DNA from: Clostridia bacterium
GTDB lineage: Bacteria > Bacillota > Clostridia > TANB77 > CAG-465
Direction: 5' to 3'
DNA: 64,000 bases
NCBI GenBank assembly: GCA_017549425.1
Contig: JAFYUV010000017.1
Span: 6,384 to 70,383, forward strand
Shown in pieces: positions 1 through 10,980 of this stretch (positions are counted from its first letter, which is position 1; every line of letters begins with the position of its first letter). Under the pieces are notes generated by a model. That model made no database searches, had not been told where the DNA came from, and saw nothing but the letters and a program-made list of their open reading frames with translations. The position numbers and the translations under genes were made by a program.

Positions 1-1
1 T

Positions 2-466
2 GAGAAGGTTGGAATTATGTTTGGTAACCCAGAAACAACTCCTGGTGGAAGGGCTTTAAAATTCTATGCTTCGGTTAGACTAGATGTAAGAAAACAAGAA
101 GCTATTAAAATAAATGGAGAAAATATGGGAAATAGGACAAAGGTTAAAGTTGTAAAAAACAAAGTAGCGCCTCCATTTAGAGAAGCTGAATTTGATATTG
201 TTTATGGAAAAGGAATATCTACTTCAGGGTGTATTCTTGATTTAGCTGTAAACTTGGATATTGTAAACAAAAGCGGTGCGTGGTTCTCTTATAACAGTGA
301 GAAAATAGGACAAGGAAGAGAAGCAGCAAAACTTTATCTTGAAACACACGCTGAAACAATGGCTGAGATAGAGAAAAAAGTAAGAGATAATTTTAATGAA
401 GCTTTTGAAAAAAGCTTGGTTGATCCAATAGATGATACTGATGATGAAGATGAAATTGAAGATTAA
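2..466 (+). CDS. recA: RecA recombinase, C-terminal portion (5' end lies outside window)
   Basis: Translation ...[24 protein letters not shown]...[26 protein letters not shown] is the conserved RecA C-terminal region; acidic tail; recX follows. Confidence 0.9.
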   Translation, partial: EKVGIMFGNPETTPGGRALKFYASVRLDVRKQEAIKINGENMGNRTKVKVVKNKVAPPFREAEFDIVYGKGISTSGCILDLAVNLDIVNKSGAWFSYNSEKIGQGREAAKLYLETHAETMAEIEKKVRDNFNEAFEKSLVDPIDDTDDEDEIED

Positions 467-479
467 GTGAGGATTTAAT

Positions 480-887
480 ATGGAGTTTGAAATGGCTAAG
501 CAAAAAGCGATTAGCTATATAGGTATTTCTAAAAAAACAGAAGCAGAAGTGTATAAGAAGCTAAAAAATCTTAAATTTGAGGAAGAAATTATTGATAAAG
601 TAATAATTTATTTGAAAGATTTAAAATATATAAATGATAATGAATATGTTAAAGCTTTTATTAGACAGGAAAAGAAAATGGAGAAATACTCTGTATTAGA
701 ACTCACACAAAAGTTGTTGATTAAGGGGATAAATAAAGACTTAGTTGAAAGAGAAATTGGATATCTAGCAGAGACAGACTACGAGGAACGCATTATAGCT
801 AGATTAAAAAAATCAAAATTATCCAATTTAGAACCTATAAAGGTAAAAAATTACTTGTATAGAAGAGGATTTAGAATAAATGAATGA
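480..887 (+). CDS. recX: regulatory protein RecX (short form)
   Basis: Immediately downstream of recA; helical repeat-like sequence (EEIIDKVIIYLKDLKYINDNEYVKAFI...) typical of RecX; 135 aa is short. Confidence 0.55.
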   Translation: MEFEMAKQKAISYIGISKKTEAEVYKKLKNLKFEEEIIDKVIIYLKDLKYINDNEYVKAFIRQEKKMEKYSVLELTQKLLIKGINKDLVEREIGYLAETDYEERIIARLKKSKLSNLEPIKVKNYLYRRGFRINE

Positions 888-1677
888 AGAAAAATTAGAA
901 GTTGTTGAAAATAAATATTCTGTGTCTATATCGAATTTTGAAGGACCGCTAGATTTGTTATGCTTTTTAATTAGTAAAAACAAGAAAGATATTTTTGAAA
1001 TTTCGCTTAGTGAGTTAACAGATAAGTATATTGAATATTTGGACAGCATGAGTCAAATGAATATGGAAATAGCGACAGAGTTTTTAGTAATGGCATCTAC
1101 TTTGCTATATATAAAATCAAAGAAATTGCTTCCGGTACTAGAACCTGAACAAAACGAAGAATTTGAAGAAATGACTGAAGAAGAGCTTTTGCAAAAAATT
1201 GCTATATACAAGATGTATAAAGAAAAACAGGAACAGTTATTACAAATGTATAGGGATAATTTTGGGGCTTTTGAAAAATTACCTGAAAAAATAAAGGCGA
1301 AAAATGAAACTTTTATTCCGGCAAATTTAAGTGTTCAAAATATTTTGCAAAGTTATTCGGATATTAAACAAAAAAATGATGACAAAATTAATAAAAAGGC
1401 AGAAGAAATAGAGAAAATTGCAATATATGAAAAAGTAACTGTTAAAAGCAAAGTGAAAATTATTTTAGATTATTTTAAAAAGAAAACCACTTTCATATTT
1501 GGCAAATTATTTAGTAAAACAAATAACAAAAAAATAGATATTGTAACTGCTTTTTTAAGTGTATTAGAATTATCTAGACTAAAACAAGTAAAAGTTAATC
1601 AAGAAGGCTTGTTTGGTGATATAGTTGTTGAACAAATTGGTAATGGTGATTTTGATATTTCTCTTCTAAAAGAATAA
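880..1677 (+). CDS. scpA: segregation and condensation protein A (ScpA)
   Basis: N-terminal FEGPLDLL...EFLVMASTLLYIKSKKLLP matches ScpA kleisin signature. Confidence 0.8.
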   Translation: MNEEKLEVVENKYSVSISNFEGPLDLLCFLISKNKKDIFEISLSELTDKYIEYLDSMSQMNMEIATEFLVMASTLLYIKSKKLLPVLEPEQNEEFEEMTEEELLQKIAIYKMYKEKQEQLLQMYRDNFGAFEKLPEKIKAKNETFIPANLSVQNILQSYSDIKQKNDDKINKKAEEIEKIAIYEKVTVKSKVKIILDYFKKKTTFIFGKLFSKTNNKKIDIVTAFLSVLELSRLKQVKVNQEGLFGDIVVEQIGNGDFDISLLKE

Positions 1678-1706
1678 ATTAGTAAAAATTGTAAATAATA
1701 TAACAG

Positions 1707-2228
1707 GTGAGTATTATGATTATTCTACTACCTGTTATTTTTTTATCTGTGCTTTTGTTAATTCCGGTTAGGATGCGTGTAAAACTTAGTTTTTTTTTAG
1801 AATATAATCAAAATAAGATTAACATTAAAGGATTAAACGAAAATTATATTTTATTAAAAATTTTATACTTCATTCCAGTATATAAAAAAGATATATTCTT
1901 ATCTAAAGATTCTAGAAAAAAGAAGAATAAAAAAACAGGAATAAAAAAATATTTGCATTTAATAAAAAAGTTTAAAGTTATTAACTTAAATTGTATACTG
2001 GGATTTAATTCTTATGATTATATAAGTAACGCAAAATTAATGGCGTTATTTAATGTGCTGTTTCCTAGCATAATAAATGTTTTTGGAGTTAATATACAAA
2101 ATATACAATATGAAACAGTAATTACAAATGAACCGTTTTTATTAGAAATTGATTCTGTTTTTTCTATATGCGTTGTAAAAGTTTTGATGGAATATTTAAA
2201 AAAGAAAAAGAAATTGAATAATTCTTAA
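1707..2228 (+). CDS. YtfI/DUF2953-like sporulation-associated membrane protein
   Basis: N-terminal TM, K-rich; located directly upstream of ytfJ as in Bacillus ytfI-ytfJ. Confidence 0.4.
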   Translation: MSIMIILLPVIFLSVLLLIPVRMRVKLSFFLEYNQNKINIKGLNENYILLKILYFIPVYKKDIFLSKDSRKKKNKKTGIKKYLHLIKKFKVINLNCILGFNSYDYISNAKLMALFNVLFPSIINVFGVNIQNIQYETVITNEPFLLEIDSVFSICVVKVLMEYLKKKKKLNNS

Positions 2229-2273
2229 ACTAAGGTAACATATTATTTGTGTAAAAGAAAAGGAGAAGAGTAT

Positions 2274-2693
2274 ATGTCAGAACATCCAATAGAAAATTTA
2301 ATGGTAACAGCTATGAGCTCTTTAAGAGATATGATAGATGTTAATACTATTTTGGGGGACACTATAGAGACTGTAGATGGCACAGTTATAATCCCAGTGT
2401 CAAAAGTATCTTTTGGCTTTGCGGCAGGAGGTAGTGAATTTAATACTAATAAACTTAATAAATTTTCAGAAAATGCAAAATTACCTTTTGGAGGTGGAAG
2501 TGGAGCAGGGGTAAAGATAAATCCTGTAGCCTTTTTAGTAGTGAAAGATAGCAATGTAAAATTATTAACTGTAGAGGCAGATAGACCGCTAGACAAATTA
2601 GTAGACATTGTTCCGGATTTGTTAGATAAAACAATGGAGCTAGTAAATAGTAAGCTTTGTAAAAATAAAAAGCCAATAAACATGGAAAATTAA
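2274..2693 (+). CDS. ytfJ: sporulation protein YtfJ (GerW family)
   Basis: MSEHPIENLM...GGGSGAGVKINPVAFLVV matches YtfJ/GerW; RBS AAAGGAGAAG precedes ATG at 2274 (ORF track start 2247 is upstream of RBS). Confidence 0.7.
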   Translation: MSEHPIENLMVTAMSSLRDMIDVNTILGDTIETVDGTVIIPVSKVSFGFAAGGSEFNTNKLNKFSENAKLPFGGGSGAGVKINPVAFLVVKDSNVKLLTVEADRPLDKLVDIVPDLLDKTMELVNSKLCKNKKPINMEN

Positions 2694-2736
2694 GTTCTTG
2701 CCATTTAAGGTTTAATTCTTAAATGGCTTTATTTAT

Positions 2737-4197
2737 ATGGAGGTGATTAAAATAGTAACAGTTACAAAGAGAATAAAAAAAGGTAAATCATCAAATCTGG
2801 TGCAAGAATTAAAGAAAAAGTTTAAGGAGTGTGCGGATTTAGTAGTAAGACCAATTACAGACAAAAAATCAGAAAACCTTGATATTTATATTTTTTATTT
2901 TAATAACTTAGTAAATATAGAAATTGTGGATATAGATATTTTAAGACCAATTTGTACAAATTTAAAAAACTTAAAAAACAAAAAGGATTTGCATGATTTT
3001 ATAATTTCAGGTAACGTATATCATGCAGAGATTTCTTCTTTAAGTAATATAAATGAAATATGTGATAAATTATATGATGGCAACTTTGTTATTGTATGTG
3101 AAGATGAAGCATATATTTTTGACGCCAAGAAATATGAAAAAAGGAGTATAGGAGATGCTTCTGTAGAGGCTTCTGTAAAAGGTGCAAAAGATTCTTTTAT
3201 TGAAATTGCTGCTACAAATTTATCTTTAGTAAGACGTAGAATTAGAAGTAATAAATTTAAAAGTGAACAATTTGAAGTGGGAAGTGAAGCTAAAGTTAAA
3301 ATTTACATGGTATATATGGAGGGTGTTGTTAATGACGAAGTTTTGAGTAATGTTAGAGAAAAAATTAATATAATTCAAGTAAACGCAATTACTTCTCCTT
3401 CTGCTTTTGAAGAAAATATTTGTGAAAGAAACAAGAGTATATTTCCGCAGTTGGAGTATACTGAAAGGCCAGATAAATTTTGCTCATGTATTATAGAAGG
3501 AAAAGTGGGGATTTTTGTTGATGGAATACCTATAGGCTATATTGCCCCAGGGTTGTTTAATATGCTTATGCAAGATCCAGAAGAATATTCAATCAGCCCG
3601 ACTATGGCAAATATAAAAAGACTATTAAGGTATATTGCATTATTTATTTCTTTACTACTTGCAGGATTTTACGTAGCCATAACAACGTTTCATCCAGAAA
3701 TGTTACCAACAAAACTAGTAATGTCTATAGTAAGAAGTAAACAGGATGTCCCTTTTCAAACATATACAGAAGTTATTATAATGTTAATTGCTTTTGAGAT
3801 GATTTTGGAGGCTGGCGCAAGACTCCCTAAAAATATAGGGCAGACTATATCAATTATAGGGGGATTAATTATAGGGGATGCTGCGGTAGTTGCAAAACTT
3901 GTATCTCCTGCGGTTGTAGTTGTTGTTGCCGCTGTTGGAGTAAGTGGTTTTATAATTCCTAATCAAGATTTAACAAATGCAATAAGAATTTGTAGATTTG
4001 GTTTGGTTATTCTAGCATCTATTGCTGGCTTTTTTGGTCTATCATTTGGGATAGCAATGGTGTTGCTTTACTTGGCTTCTTATGAATCGTTTGGGCATCC
4101 ATATATGAAACCGTTTGTGGCGGGGAACTATAATCAGATGACTAAGGATACGTTCATTAGAGGTAGTTTAAACAATAAGAAAAAAATATGGTGGTGA
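2737..4197 (+). CDS. spore germination protein, GerA/GerKA family A subunit
   Basis: 486 aa; soluble N-terminal domain plus C-terminal multi-TM region; conserved GerA-family blocks (IEGKVGIFVDGIP, TIGGLIIGDAAV). Confidence 0.8.
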   Translation: MEVIKIVTVTKRIKKGKSSNLVQELKKKFKECADLVVRPITDKKSENLDIYIFYFNNLVNIEIVDIDILRPICTNLKNLKNKKDLHDFIISGNVYHAEISSLSNINEICDKLYDGNFVIVCEDEAYIFDAKKYEKRSIGDASVEASVKGAKDSFIEIAATNLSLVRRRIRSNKFKSEQFEVGSEAKVKIYMVYMEGVVNDEVLSNVREKINIIQVNAITSPSAFEENICERNKSIFPQLEYTERPDKFCSCIIEGKVGIFVDGIPIGYIAPGLFNMLMQDPEEYSISPTMANIKRLLRYIALFISLLLAGFYVAITTFHPEMLPTKLVMSIVRSKQDVPFQTYTEVIIMLIAFEMILEAGARLPKNIGQTISIIGGLIIGDAAVVAKLVSPAVVVVVAAVGVSGFIIPNQDLTNAIRICRFGLVILASIAGFFGLSFGIAMVLLYLASYESFGHPYMKPFVAGNYNQMTKDTFIRGSLNNKKKIWW

Positions 4198-4201
4198 TTG
4201 G

Positions 4202-5416
4202 ATGAAAAAATATTACATAGTAATTCAATTTTGTTTGGCTCTAATTGTTTTTTCGTTAATTGGTGAGGATGTAATACCTACTAAAGTTGACGTTGAATAT
4301 TTGGAAGTAATACAGGTTCTTGGCTTTGATGAACTGGAAAATAAAGTTAGAGTAACTGCAATTTTAAAAGAGTCATCACAAGGGGATGGGGGGGCACAAT
4401 CTGGGGGTGCTGTAACTCCGGGAACCGGTAAAATATTAACTGTAGAAGGTGAAACTTATAGTCAAGCAATAGATATTTTAAGAAACATTACAGAAAAATA
4501 TATACCAATAAGTCATGTTGAATATTTTATAATTGGGGATGAAACGGCAAAGAAAAGCTTAAGAAATGTTGTTGATTTTATATCTAGAACTGATGAAACC
4601 AGGGTTACAGCAGGAGTTTTAGTATCACAGGAAATGACGGCGGAAAGTTTTTTAACAAAGGTAAATGAAGTTGGGACAGATATAGTAAGTGCAGTTGAGG
4701 GGGTTTCTAAGGACTCGATTGCTAAAAATTATACTTCAAATAAATCAGTAATAGATGTCGTAGACATGTTTTTGCAGGATAAAATAGTTGGAGTTATTCC
4801 TTATGTTGCAGTAAAAGATAAAGAAAATTTTAAGATGGTTGAAATGGCGGAAGAACCAAAAGAAACTCCTGTTTTTACCAAGAATTCTTTGGGGATAATT
4901 TCAGATATGAAAGTGGTGGATAGTCTGAGTTTCAAAGAAGCGGAAGCATACAATATTACAATAAATGAGGTAACAAGCATAATGCTAACTGTAAAGTTGG
5001 ATGAAAATACGTATGTACTTGCAGGTAATACTGAGAATTTTAAATTACGATTTAAAACAAATGATAATAGCATACAAAGCGTTGTATTATATTTGGAGTA
5101 CACATGTGATATAGACGAGGTACATTCTAAAAAACCAATATTTGATTTAGATACTTTTGGGGAAATTCAAACAGATGCAGAAAACCAAATAGAGGAAAAA
5201 GTAATAAATATCATAACAAAAAGTAAGGAAATGAACTTGGATTTTATGAATTTAAATAAGCCTTTTGAAATTCAGCATCCATATGTTTATAGAAAGATAA
5301 AAAGTGATTTTTTTGAATATTTAAAAAAGGCTGATATAGAAGTAAATGTAGAGTGCAGAATAAATAATACTTACGATGTTCTAGAATCTAATAGGTATCA
5401 AAAGGAGGGGCAATAA
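4202..5416 (+). CDS. Ger(x)C family germination receptor lipoprotein
   Basis: 404 aa, N-terminal hydrophobic signal, position between A and B subunits (A-C-B order typical of Clostridium). Confidence 0.65.
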   Translation: MKKYYIVIQFCLALIVFSLIGEDVIPTKVDVEYLEVIQVLGFDELENKVRVTAILKESSQGDGGAQSGGAVTPGTGKILTVEGETYSQAIDILRNITEKYIPISHVEYFIIGDETAKKSLRNVVDFISRTDETRVTAGVLVSQEMTAESFLTKVNEVGTDIVSAVEGVSKDSIAKNYTSNKSVIDVVDMFLQDKIVGVIPYVAVKDKENFKMVEMAEEPKETPVFTKNSLGIISDMKVVDSLSFKEAEAYNITINEVTSIMLTVKLDENTYVLAGNTENFKLRFKTNDNSIQSVVLYLEYTCDIDEVHSKKPIFDLDTFGEIQTDAENQIEEKVINIITKSKEMNLDFMNLNKPFEIQHPYVYRKIKSDFFEYLKKADIEVNVECRINNTYDVLESNRYQKEGQ

Positions 5417-5417
5417 A

Positions 5418-5621
5418 ATGACCATTTATTTATTGTTAATAACAACTTTTTGTTTAGATATGATAACTTTAATAAAATCTAAAAATCATAAAGATAAAAT
5501 TCCATACATAATAGCAATGGTGTGTGTTACAATAGTATGTTTTGTATACGAAATATATGGCAAAGATTTTGAATTAGCAAAAGGAGTTCTTGAAATTCTT
5601 AACATTAAAGGAGGTAAATAA
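5418..5621 (+). CDS. small 2-TM membrane protein inside ger operon
   Basis: 67-aa ORF, two hydrophobic helices, tightly packed between gerC and gerB. Confidence 0.35.
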   Translation: MTIYLLLITTFCLDMITLIKSKNHKDKIPYIIAMVCVTIVCFVYEIYGKDFELAKGVLEILNIKGGK

Positions 5622-6713
5622 ATGGACAATAGTGAAAGAATGAGTGGGAGACAAGCGACAAAGCTATTTTTAATTGCGGCTATTTCACCGTTAATAATTT
5701 TAATACCTAATTTTGTTGCTTCTCACGCTGGAAAAGCGGGGTGGATAAGTGCATTTATTGCACTGGGATTTTGTGTGGGTTTTGCTGTTATTGTTAACAA
5801 TTTATTTAATAATAAGAAGAAAAATATTATTAATTTAGAAAATGCTTTTGAACATGCTTTTGGCAAGGCAATTACAAAGGGATTGCTTGTGTTGCTACTT
5901 GTAATACAACTACTTTTAATAGCGGTTAGATTAAGGGTTTTTACAGAAAGACTTGAAACTTTACTTTTTGTAGATACAGTTCCAAGTTTGTTTATGATAG
6001 TATTGCTATCTGCTGTTTTTGTCGCTAGTAAATTAAAACTTAAATTTTTAGGACGATTCTCTGAATTAATGGAAATAGTGTTATTTATTGTATTTGCTAT
6101 AATTATAAGCATTTGTTTACAGAATTTTGATATAACTAATTTATATCCTGTAATTACTTATGATATACCAGACATTTTGTTTAGCACTGTGGCGTTTTTA
6201 GCTTTGTTTGCTAGCTATAGTTATATCTTTATATTAGGAGAGAGCATTACTGATAGACATCAAATATTGAAGAGCGGAATTACAAGTGCTGTTATAATTT
6301 GCGCTATTGGTTTGGGAGTAATTTGTATAACTATAGGCGCGTTTGGACCTAATGTAGTAACTGCTTTTTCACAACCTTTTTTTATGGCTTTAAAGAGTGC
6401 AGATATTCTTGGCGTTTTTGAAGGAATTGACAGTATGTTTGTTTCGTTTTGGATACTAACTGACTATGCAATGATAATATATCATACGGTAATAAGCGGA
6501 GCAATACTACAAAAACTTTTTAAATTACAATCAAGGTCTACAATGGTAGCTCCAATAATATTTATATCTTATATATTAGCGCTTGCTTTGGCTAAAAACT
6601 TTTTTGTAATAACAGAATTTACAAATAACATAGTAATATATTTAAACATATTTTTAGGAATGGTTTTACCAGTAATTGCTTTTATAGTTTTAAAAATAAA
6701 AAAGAAGGCATAA
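5622..6713 (+). CDS. spore germination protein B subunit (GerAB/APC permease-like)
   Basis: 363 aa polytopic membrane protein; N-terminus MDNSERMSGRQATKLF typical of Ger(x)B. Confidence 0.75.
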   Translation: MDNSERMSGRQATKLFLIAAISPLIILIPNFVASHAGKAGWISAFIALGFCVGFAVIVNNLFNNKKKNIINLENAFEHAFGKAITKGLLVLLLVIQLLLIAVRLRVFTERLETLLFVDTVPSLFMIVLLSAVFVASKLKLKFLGRFSELMEIVLFIVFAIIISICLQNFDITNLYPVITYDIPDILFSTVAFLALFASYSYIFILGESITDRHQILKSGITSAVIICAIGLGVICITIGAFGPNVVTAFSQPFFMALKSADILGVFEGIDSMFVSFWILTDYAMIIYHTVISGAILQKLFKLQSRSTMVAPIIFISYILALALAKNFFVITEFTNNIVIYLNIFLGMVLPVIAFIVLKIKKKA

Positions 6714-6796
6714 ATTGGTTAAAATATACGGGAAATATATAAAAAACCTTAAATATATGGTATAATATATAGTGTATGTTTAAAGGAGAAAATACA

Positions 6797-7705
6797 TTGA
6801 AAAGGAATTTTATAATATTAGGGATATGCTTTGTTTTAGTGTTAGGGTTAATTGTGGCTGGTAATATATTTAAAGGGCAAAAAAACAATAGTAGTAAAGA
6901 AAAAATAGTTACTTCTTTTTATCCTATGTATATAGCCACTTCAAATATAGTTGCTGGGATAGATAATATAGAATTAATAAATTTGACCAGTAATTCAGTA
7001 GGTTGCATTCATGATTATACTTTAACACCTCATGACATGATGAACTTATCTCAAGCTAAAGTTTTTATTATTAATGGTTCTGGTATGGAAAATTTTTTAC
7101 AAGATGTATTAAATAATTATTCAGAACTTAAAATTATAGATAGTTCAGAAGGAGTGCACATAATTAGAGGGCATCATGAAAACAATTCACATACTTTTGT
7201 TAGTATTAATAATTATATTGTCCAAGTAAAAAACATAGCTAGAGAATTATGCGAGTTGTATCCACAATATAAAGAGGAACTAAGACAAAACGCAAATAAT
7301 TATTTAAAGGAACTAGAAGGTCTTAAAGAGAATATAGCCAAAGAACTTTTGGATATTTCTAATAAAAAAGTTGTAGCTTTGCATGATTCTTTTGAATATT
7401 TTGCAAAGGACTTTGGAATAACTGTTTCGACTATTATAGAGGAAGAAGAGGGGGCAGCGGTATCAGCTACTGAGATAGCAGAAATTATTAAACTAATTAA
7501 GATGGAAGGAATCAAAGTTATAGTTGTTGAAAAAGATAGTTCAACAAACACAGCAGAAGCTATAGCTAAAGAAACTGGGACTGTTATTTGTGAATTTAAT
7601 GCTTCAATTTCGGGAGAATATTTAAGTGAGCAATATATTAATGACATGAAATTTAATGTTCAAAATCTAGTACAAGCTTTAAAAGGAGTGAATAATAATG
7701 AGTGA
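6797..7705 (+). CDS. metal (likely Zn) ABC transporter substrate-binding lipoprotein, ZnuA/TroA family
   Basis: TroA-family blocks (ALHDSFEYFAKDFG), His-rich loop HHENNSH, signal/lipobox; TTG start at 6797 after RBS AAAGGAGAA (track start 6776). Confidence 0.75.
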   Translation: MKRNFIILGICFVLVLGLIVAGNIFKGQKNNSSKEKIVTSFYPMYIATSNIVAGIDNIELINLTSNSVGCIHDYTLTPHDMMNLSQAKVFIINGSGMENFLQDVLNNYSELKIIDSSEGVHIIRGHHENNSHTFVSINNYIVQVKNIARELCELYPQYKEELRQNANNYLKELEGLKENIAKELLDISNKKVVALHDSFEYFAKDFGITVSTIIEEEEGAAVSATEIAEIIKLIKMEGIKVIVVEKDSSTNTAEAIAKETGTVICEFNASISGEYLSEQYINDMKFNVQNLVQALKGVNNNE

Positions 7706-8420
7706 GTGCAAATTTTGTTGTACTGAAATAAAAAACATAGGAGTTAAAACAGAGGATGCCACGATTTTAGAAGATGTTTCTTTTCATCTTCATTGTGGAG
7801 AACTCGCTGTTATTATTGGTAAGAATGGTGCAGGAAAATCTACACTTTTAAAATCTATTATTGGCGAAATAAGACATACAGGGAATATAACGTTTTCTAG
7901 TAAGCATAATAATTCAAAAAAGCTAACTATTGGATATGTTCCTCAAAAAATTGACTTAGAGCATTCACCAATTAGCGTATATGACTTAATAAGTAGCTTT
8001 TCTTCATCTAAACCGGTTTTTGCATTTAAAAGTAAAAGTGAATATAGCAAGATTATAGAACATTTAAAGTTTTTAGAAGCAGATGGGTTGATAGATAAAA
8101 AAGTTTCTTCTTTATCTGGTGGAGAGTTGCAAAAAGTATTAATTGCTATAGCAACGCTCCCTTTTCCTGAATTATTAATTTTGGACGAGCCTGTTTCAGG
8201 AATAGATGCTAAAGGAAAAGAAATATTTTATCAATTAATAGATAAAATAAAAAAATCTCAGGATATAGCAATATTAATGGTTTCACACGATTTTGATAAA
8301 GTGAAAGAATATGCTGATAAAGTAATTCTCTTAAATAAAAAGATGTTGCAAGAAGGAAACCCTAAAGAAGTTTTTTCTGGTGAGTTGTTTGCTAAAGAAT
8401 TTGGAATAGGAGGATATTAG
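7698..8420 (+). CDS. metal ABC transporter ATP-binding protein
   Basis: Walker A GKNGAGKST, ABC signature LSGGELQKV, Walker B LILDEP. Confidence 0.85.
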   Translation: MSECKFCCTEIKNIGVKTEDATILEDVSFHLHCGELAVIIGKNGAGKSTLLKSIIGEIRHTGNITFSSKHNNSKKLTIGYVPQKIDLEHSPISVYDLISSFSSSKPVFAFKSKSEYSKIIEHLKFLEADGLIDKKVSSLSGGELQKVLIAIATLPFPELLILDEPVSGIDAKGKEIFYQLIDKIKKSQDIAILMVSHDFDKVKEYADKVILLNKKMLQEGNPKEVFSGELFAKEFGIGGY

Positions 8421-8421
8421 A

Positions 8422-9255
8422 ATGGAAGTTATTTATAATATAATGGAATTTATTCTCCCCTTTGATTTTATGCAATATGATTTTATGAAAAACGCGTTTT
8501 TGGCTGTGATTTTTGTGTCTCCTTTGCTAGGATTATTGGGAACAATGGTTGTAAATAATAAAATGTCGTTTTTTTCAGATGCATTAGGACATTCTGCTTT
8601 AACAGGTGTAGCATTAGGTGCTGTTATTGGGATTTCTGACTACTCAATTTCAATGATAATTTTTGCAATAGCATTTGCACTTTTATTAAATTTTGTTAAG
8701 CGAAAAAGTAAAACAGAAGCGAACACTATTATAAGCGTGTTTTCTTCAACAGCTATAGCAATAGGTTTAGTAGTTTTATCTAAATATGGAGGAATAAATA
8801 AATATTCAGCTTATTTGGTGGGAGACATATTAAGCATAACCACCATAGAATTATTGGTGTTGCTGATTGCTTTAGTTATAATTACAATAATTTGGATAAT
8901 GATTTTTAATAAGTTATTAGCTATTAGTGTAAATTCTAGTTTAGCCAAAACAAAAGGGATCAATACCGCTTTAATAGAAAATATTTTTGTCGTTTTGATT
9001 GCTGTTATAGTAATGTTAACTATAAGATGGGTGGGAATATTATTAATAAATTCTTTATTAATATTGCCGGCAGCATCTAGTAGGAATATTTCTTCTAATG
9101 TGCGTCAGTATACTAGACTGACTATTGCGTTTTCGTTGCTTTGCGGTATATTAGGCTTATTTGTATCATTTGTTTTTGGATTAGCAACGGGACCCACAAT
9201 AGTAGTTTTGTCTGCTATTATATATTTTGTAAGTCTAATGTTAAAGAAAAATTAA
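8422..9255 (+). CDS. metal ABC transporter permease (ZnuB-like)
   Basis: 277 aa polytopic membrane protein downstream of ATPase, ABC-3 family features. Confidence 0.75.
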   Translation: MEVIYNIMEFILPFDFMQYDFMKNAFLAVIFVSPLLGLLGTMVVNNKMSFFSDALGHSALTGVALGAVIGISDYSISMIIFAIAFALLLNFVKRKSKTEANTIISVFSSTAIAIGLVVLSKYGGINKYSAYLVGDILSITTIELLVLLIALVIITIIWIMIFNKLLAISVNSSLAKTKGINTALIENIFVVLIAVIVMLTIRWVGILLINSLLILPAASSRNISSNVRQYTRLTIAFSLLCGILGLFVSFVFGLATGPTIVVLSAIIYFVSLMLKKN

Positions 9256-9257
9256 AG

Positions 9258-9286
9258 AAGGGTACCTATATATAGGCACCCTTTTT
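9258..9286 (+). terminator. rho-independent terminator after metal transporter operon
   Basis: AAGGGTACCTATATATAGGCACCCTTTTT hairpin plus T-run. Confidence 0.6.
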
Positions 9287-9452
9287 GGGGAGATACATGT
9301 ATTTAGATAAACAAAGTAACAATCTTTTTTCATCTAACTTGTAAAGTTTTGCTTTACATATTACATTATATTCTTTATAACGTTTTTTGTGATTGTATTA
9401 GCATAAAAAAAGTTATATTACATATATTGTAGTAAAAGTAGGAGGATAAACA

Positions 9453-10976
9453 ATGTCAGTTAGTTTAAATAAAGAGGAGTTAACTTTAAATAAATTTATA
9501 TCCAGAGATAAATTTTCTACATGGATAGAGCAGGATGTATTAGTTCCTGATATAAAACCGGATGTGATGAAAATTATTAGAGTTGAGGCTATACCGTTTA
9601 TAGAAAATAGTGAGATTACAGACGGAACTATAAAAGTAAGTGGAACTATTACTTATTATATTCTATATCGTTCTATGGATGGTGGTGCGATAACAGGAAT
9701 AACAATGGAATATCCATTTGTCCAAAATATTAATACATCATTAGCAAAATCTAATATGCAGTTCGACGTAGATGCTGTAGCAAAAAACACAATATATTCG
9801 ATACCTAATGAAAGGAAAATTTTATTAAAAACAGAGATTCTATTTAAGTTTTCCGTTATGGACACTGTTGTTGTCCCTATTGCAATAGGCTTTGATGTTG
9901 GAAAAGATATAGAATATAAGACCAAAGAAGAGTTGTTCAATAATGTAATTTCTACAAAAAAAGAAACCATAGCAGTAAATGAAGAAGTGATAATACCAGA
10001 TGATATAGGGCCAATTAATGATATAATAAAAGTGGGTACAACTATAAAAAATACGGATTACAAGGTGAGTTATAATAAGATACTTGTAAAGGGAGAATTA
10101 CAATTACAGATACTTTATCTTAAAGGAGAGCAAACTAACGCTGTTGGAACATATAATTTGACTATCCCTTTTGCAGGGATGATAGAATTTGATAATATAG
10201 CAGACAACTATAAGTTTGATATTAAGTATTCTCTTCAAAATTTACAAATAATATTAAATGGGGAGGAAAATGGGACTTTAACTGTTGATGGAGCTATATT
10301 AGCCAGAGGAGTAATGTACGAAGAAAGAAGTATAATACATATAGCAGATTTTTATAGTACCAATAAAGATTTGATTTATGATTATGCAGACATAGCTGTT
10401 ATAAAAAATAAAACAAAGTTAGATAAAGATATTACAATAAAAGAAAGAATTGGGCAATTAGAAGAAGGTAGTCAAATTTTACAATATCAAATAGATACAA
10501 ACTCGCTAATAACTATGGTTTCAGGCGGCAATTTATACATTAGTGGTAATGTGAAAATTCCAGTAGTATATCAAAATTCTATTACAGGAATGGTAGATTC
10601 TAAAACATTTGAAGTGCCGGTTGAGAATTCTTTTACAATAGGAAAAGACATAGGGGAGTCTAATGTAGTTGTTAGTTTAGAAGTTTTTAAAGATGATATT
10701 TATTTATCTTCTGGTAATGTCGAAGCAAATATTATTCTAAGGGCTAACATAGAAATCGAAAATGTAGGTAATATTACTACTATTCAAGAGGTTTCTGAAC
10801 AAGAAATAGATGTGAATAATTTTGAGAGTATGTATATATATATAGTAAAAAAAGGAGATACTTTATGGGATATCGCTAAAAAATATAAAACTACAGTATC
10901 AAAAATTGCTAATGTTAATAATATAAATGACGAAAGCAATATCCAGATAGGACAAAAGCTATTACTAATTAGGTAA
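9453..10976 (+). CDS. SpoVID/SipL-like sporulation protein (DUF3794-type repeats + C-terminal LysM)
   Basis: 507 aa; C-terminal [29 protein letters not shown]...[10 protein letters not shown] is a LysM domain; architecture matches clostridial SipL. Confidence 0.65.
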   Translation: MSVSLNKEELTLNKFISRDKFSTWIEQDVLVPDIKPDVMKIIRVEAIPFIENSEITDGTIKVSGTITYYILYRSMDGGAITGITMEYPFVQNINTSLAKSNMQFDVDAVAKNTIYSIPNERKILLKTEILFKFSVMDTVVVPIAIGFDVGKDIEYKTKEELFNNVISTKKETIAVNEEVIIPDDIGPINDIIKVGTTIKNTDYKVSYNKILVKGELQLQILYLKGEQTNAVGTYNLTIPFAGMIEFDNIADNYKFDIKYSLQNLQIILNGEENGTLTVDGAILARGVMYEERSIIHIADFYSTNKDLIYDYADIAVIKNKTKLDKDITIKERIGQLEEGSQILQYQIDTNSLITMVSGGNLYISGNVKIPVVYQNSITGMVDSKTFEVPVENSFTIGKDIGESNVVVSLEVFKDDIYLSSGNVEANIILRANIEIENVGNITTIQEVSEQEIDVNNFESMYIYIVKKGDTLWDIAKKYKTTVSKIANVNNINDESNIQIGQKLLLIR

Positions 10977-10980
10977 TATT

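Noticed and set aside
828-1049. Antisense/shadow ORFs inside annotated genes (828-1049, 2243-2683, 2455-2676, 4801-5103, 5723-6112, 7300-7647, 9656-9970, 11809-12000, 12255-12695, 13668-13910, 23180-23374, 23804-24115, 25013-25273, 27848-28105, 29984-30408, 34909-35133, 37817-38128, 38533-38991, 42275-42881, 44263-44505, 45286-45525, 46088-46402, 48322-48507, 49575-50360, 53276-53467, 54172-55116, 55687-55869, 56432-56764, 59111-59302, 59871-60059, 60878-61066)
   Set aside because: They lie opposite or overlapping well-supported genes, have low-complexity S/I/L/F-rich translations typical of AT-rich shadow frames, and lack RBSs.
9290-9452. Possible sigma-E/sigma-K sporulation promoter upstream of sipL-like gene
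   Set aside because: ATATT/CATATATT-like elements present but spacing does not fit the consensus convincingly; not reported as a feature.
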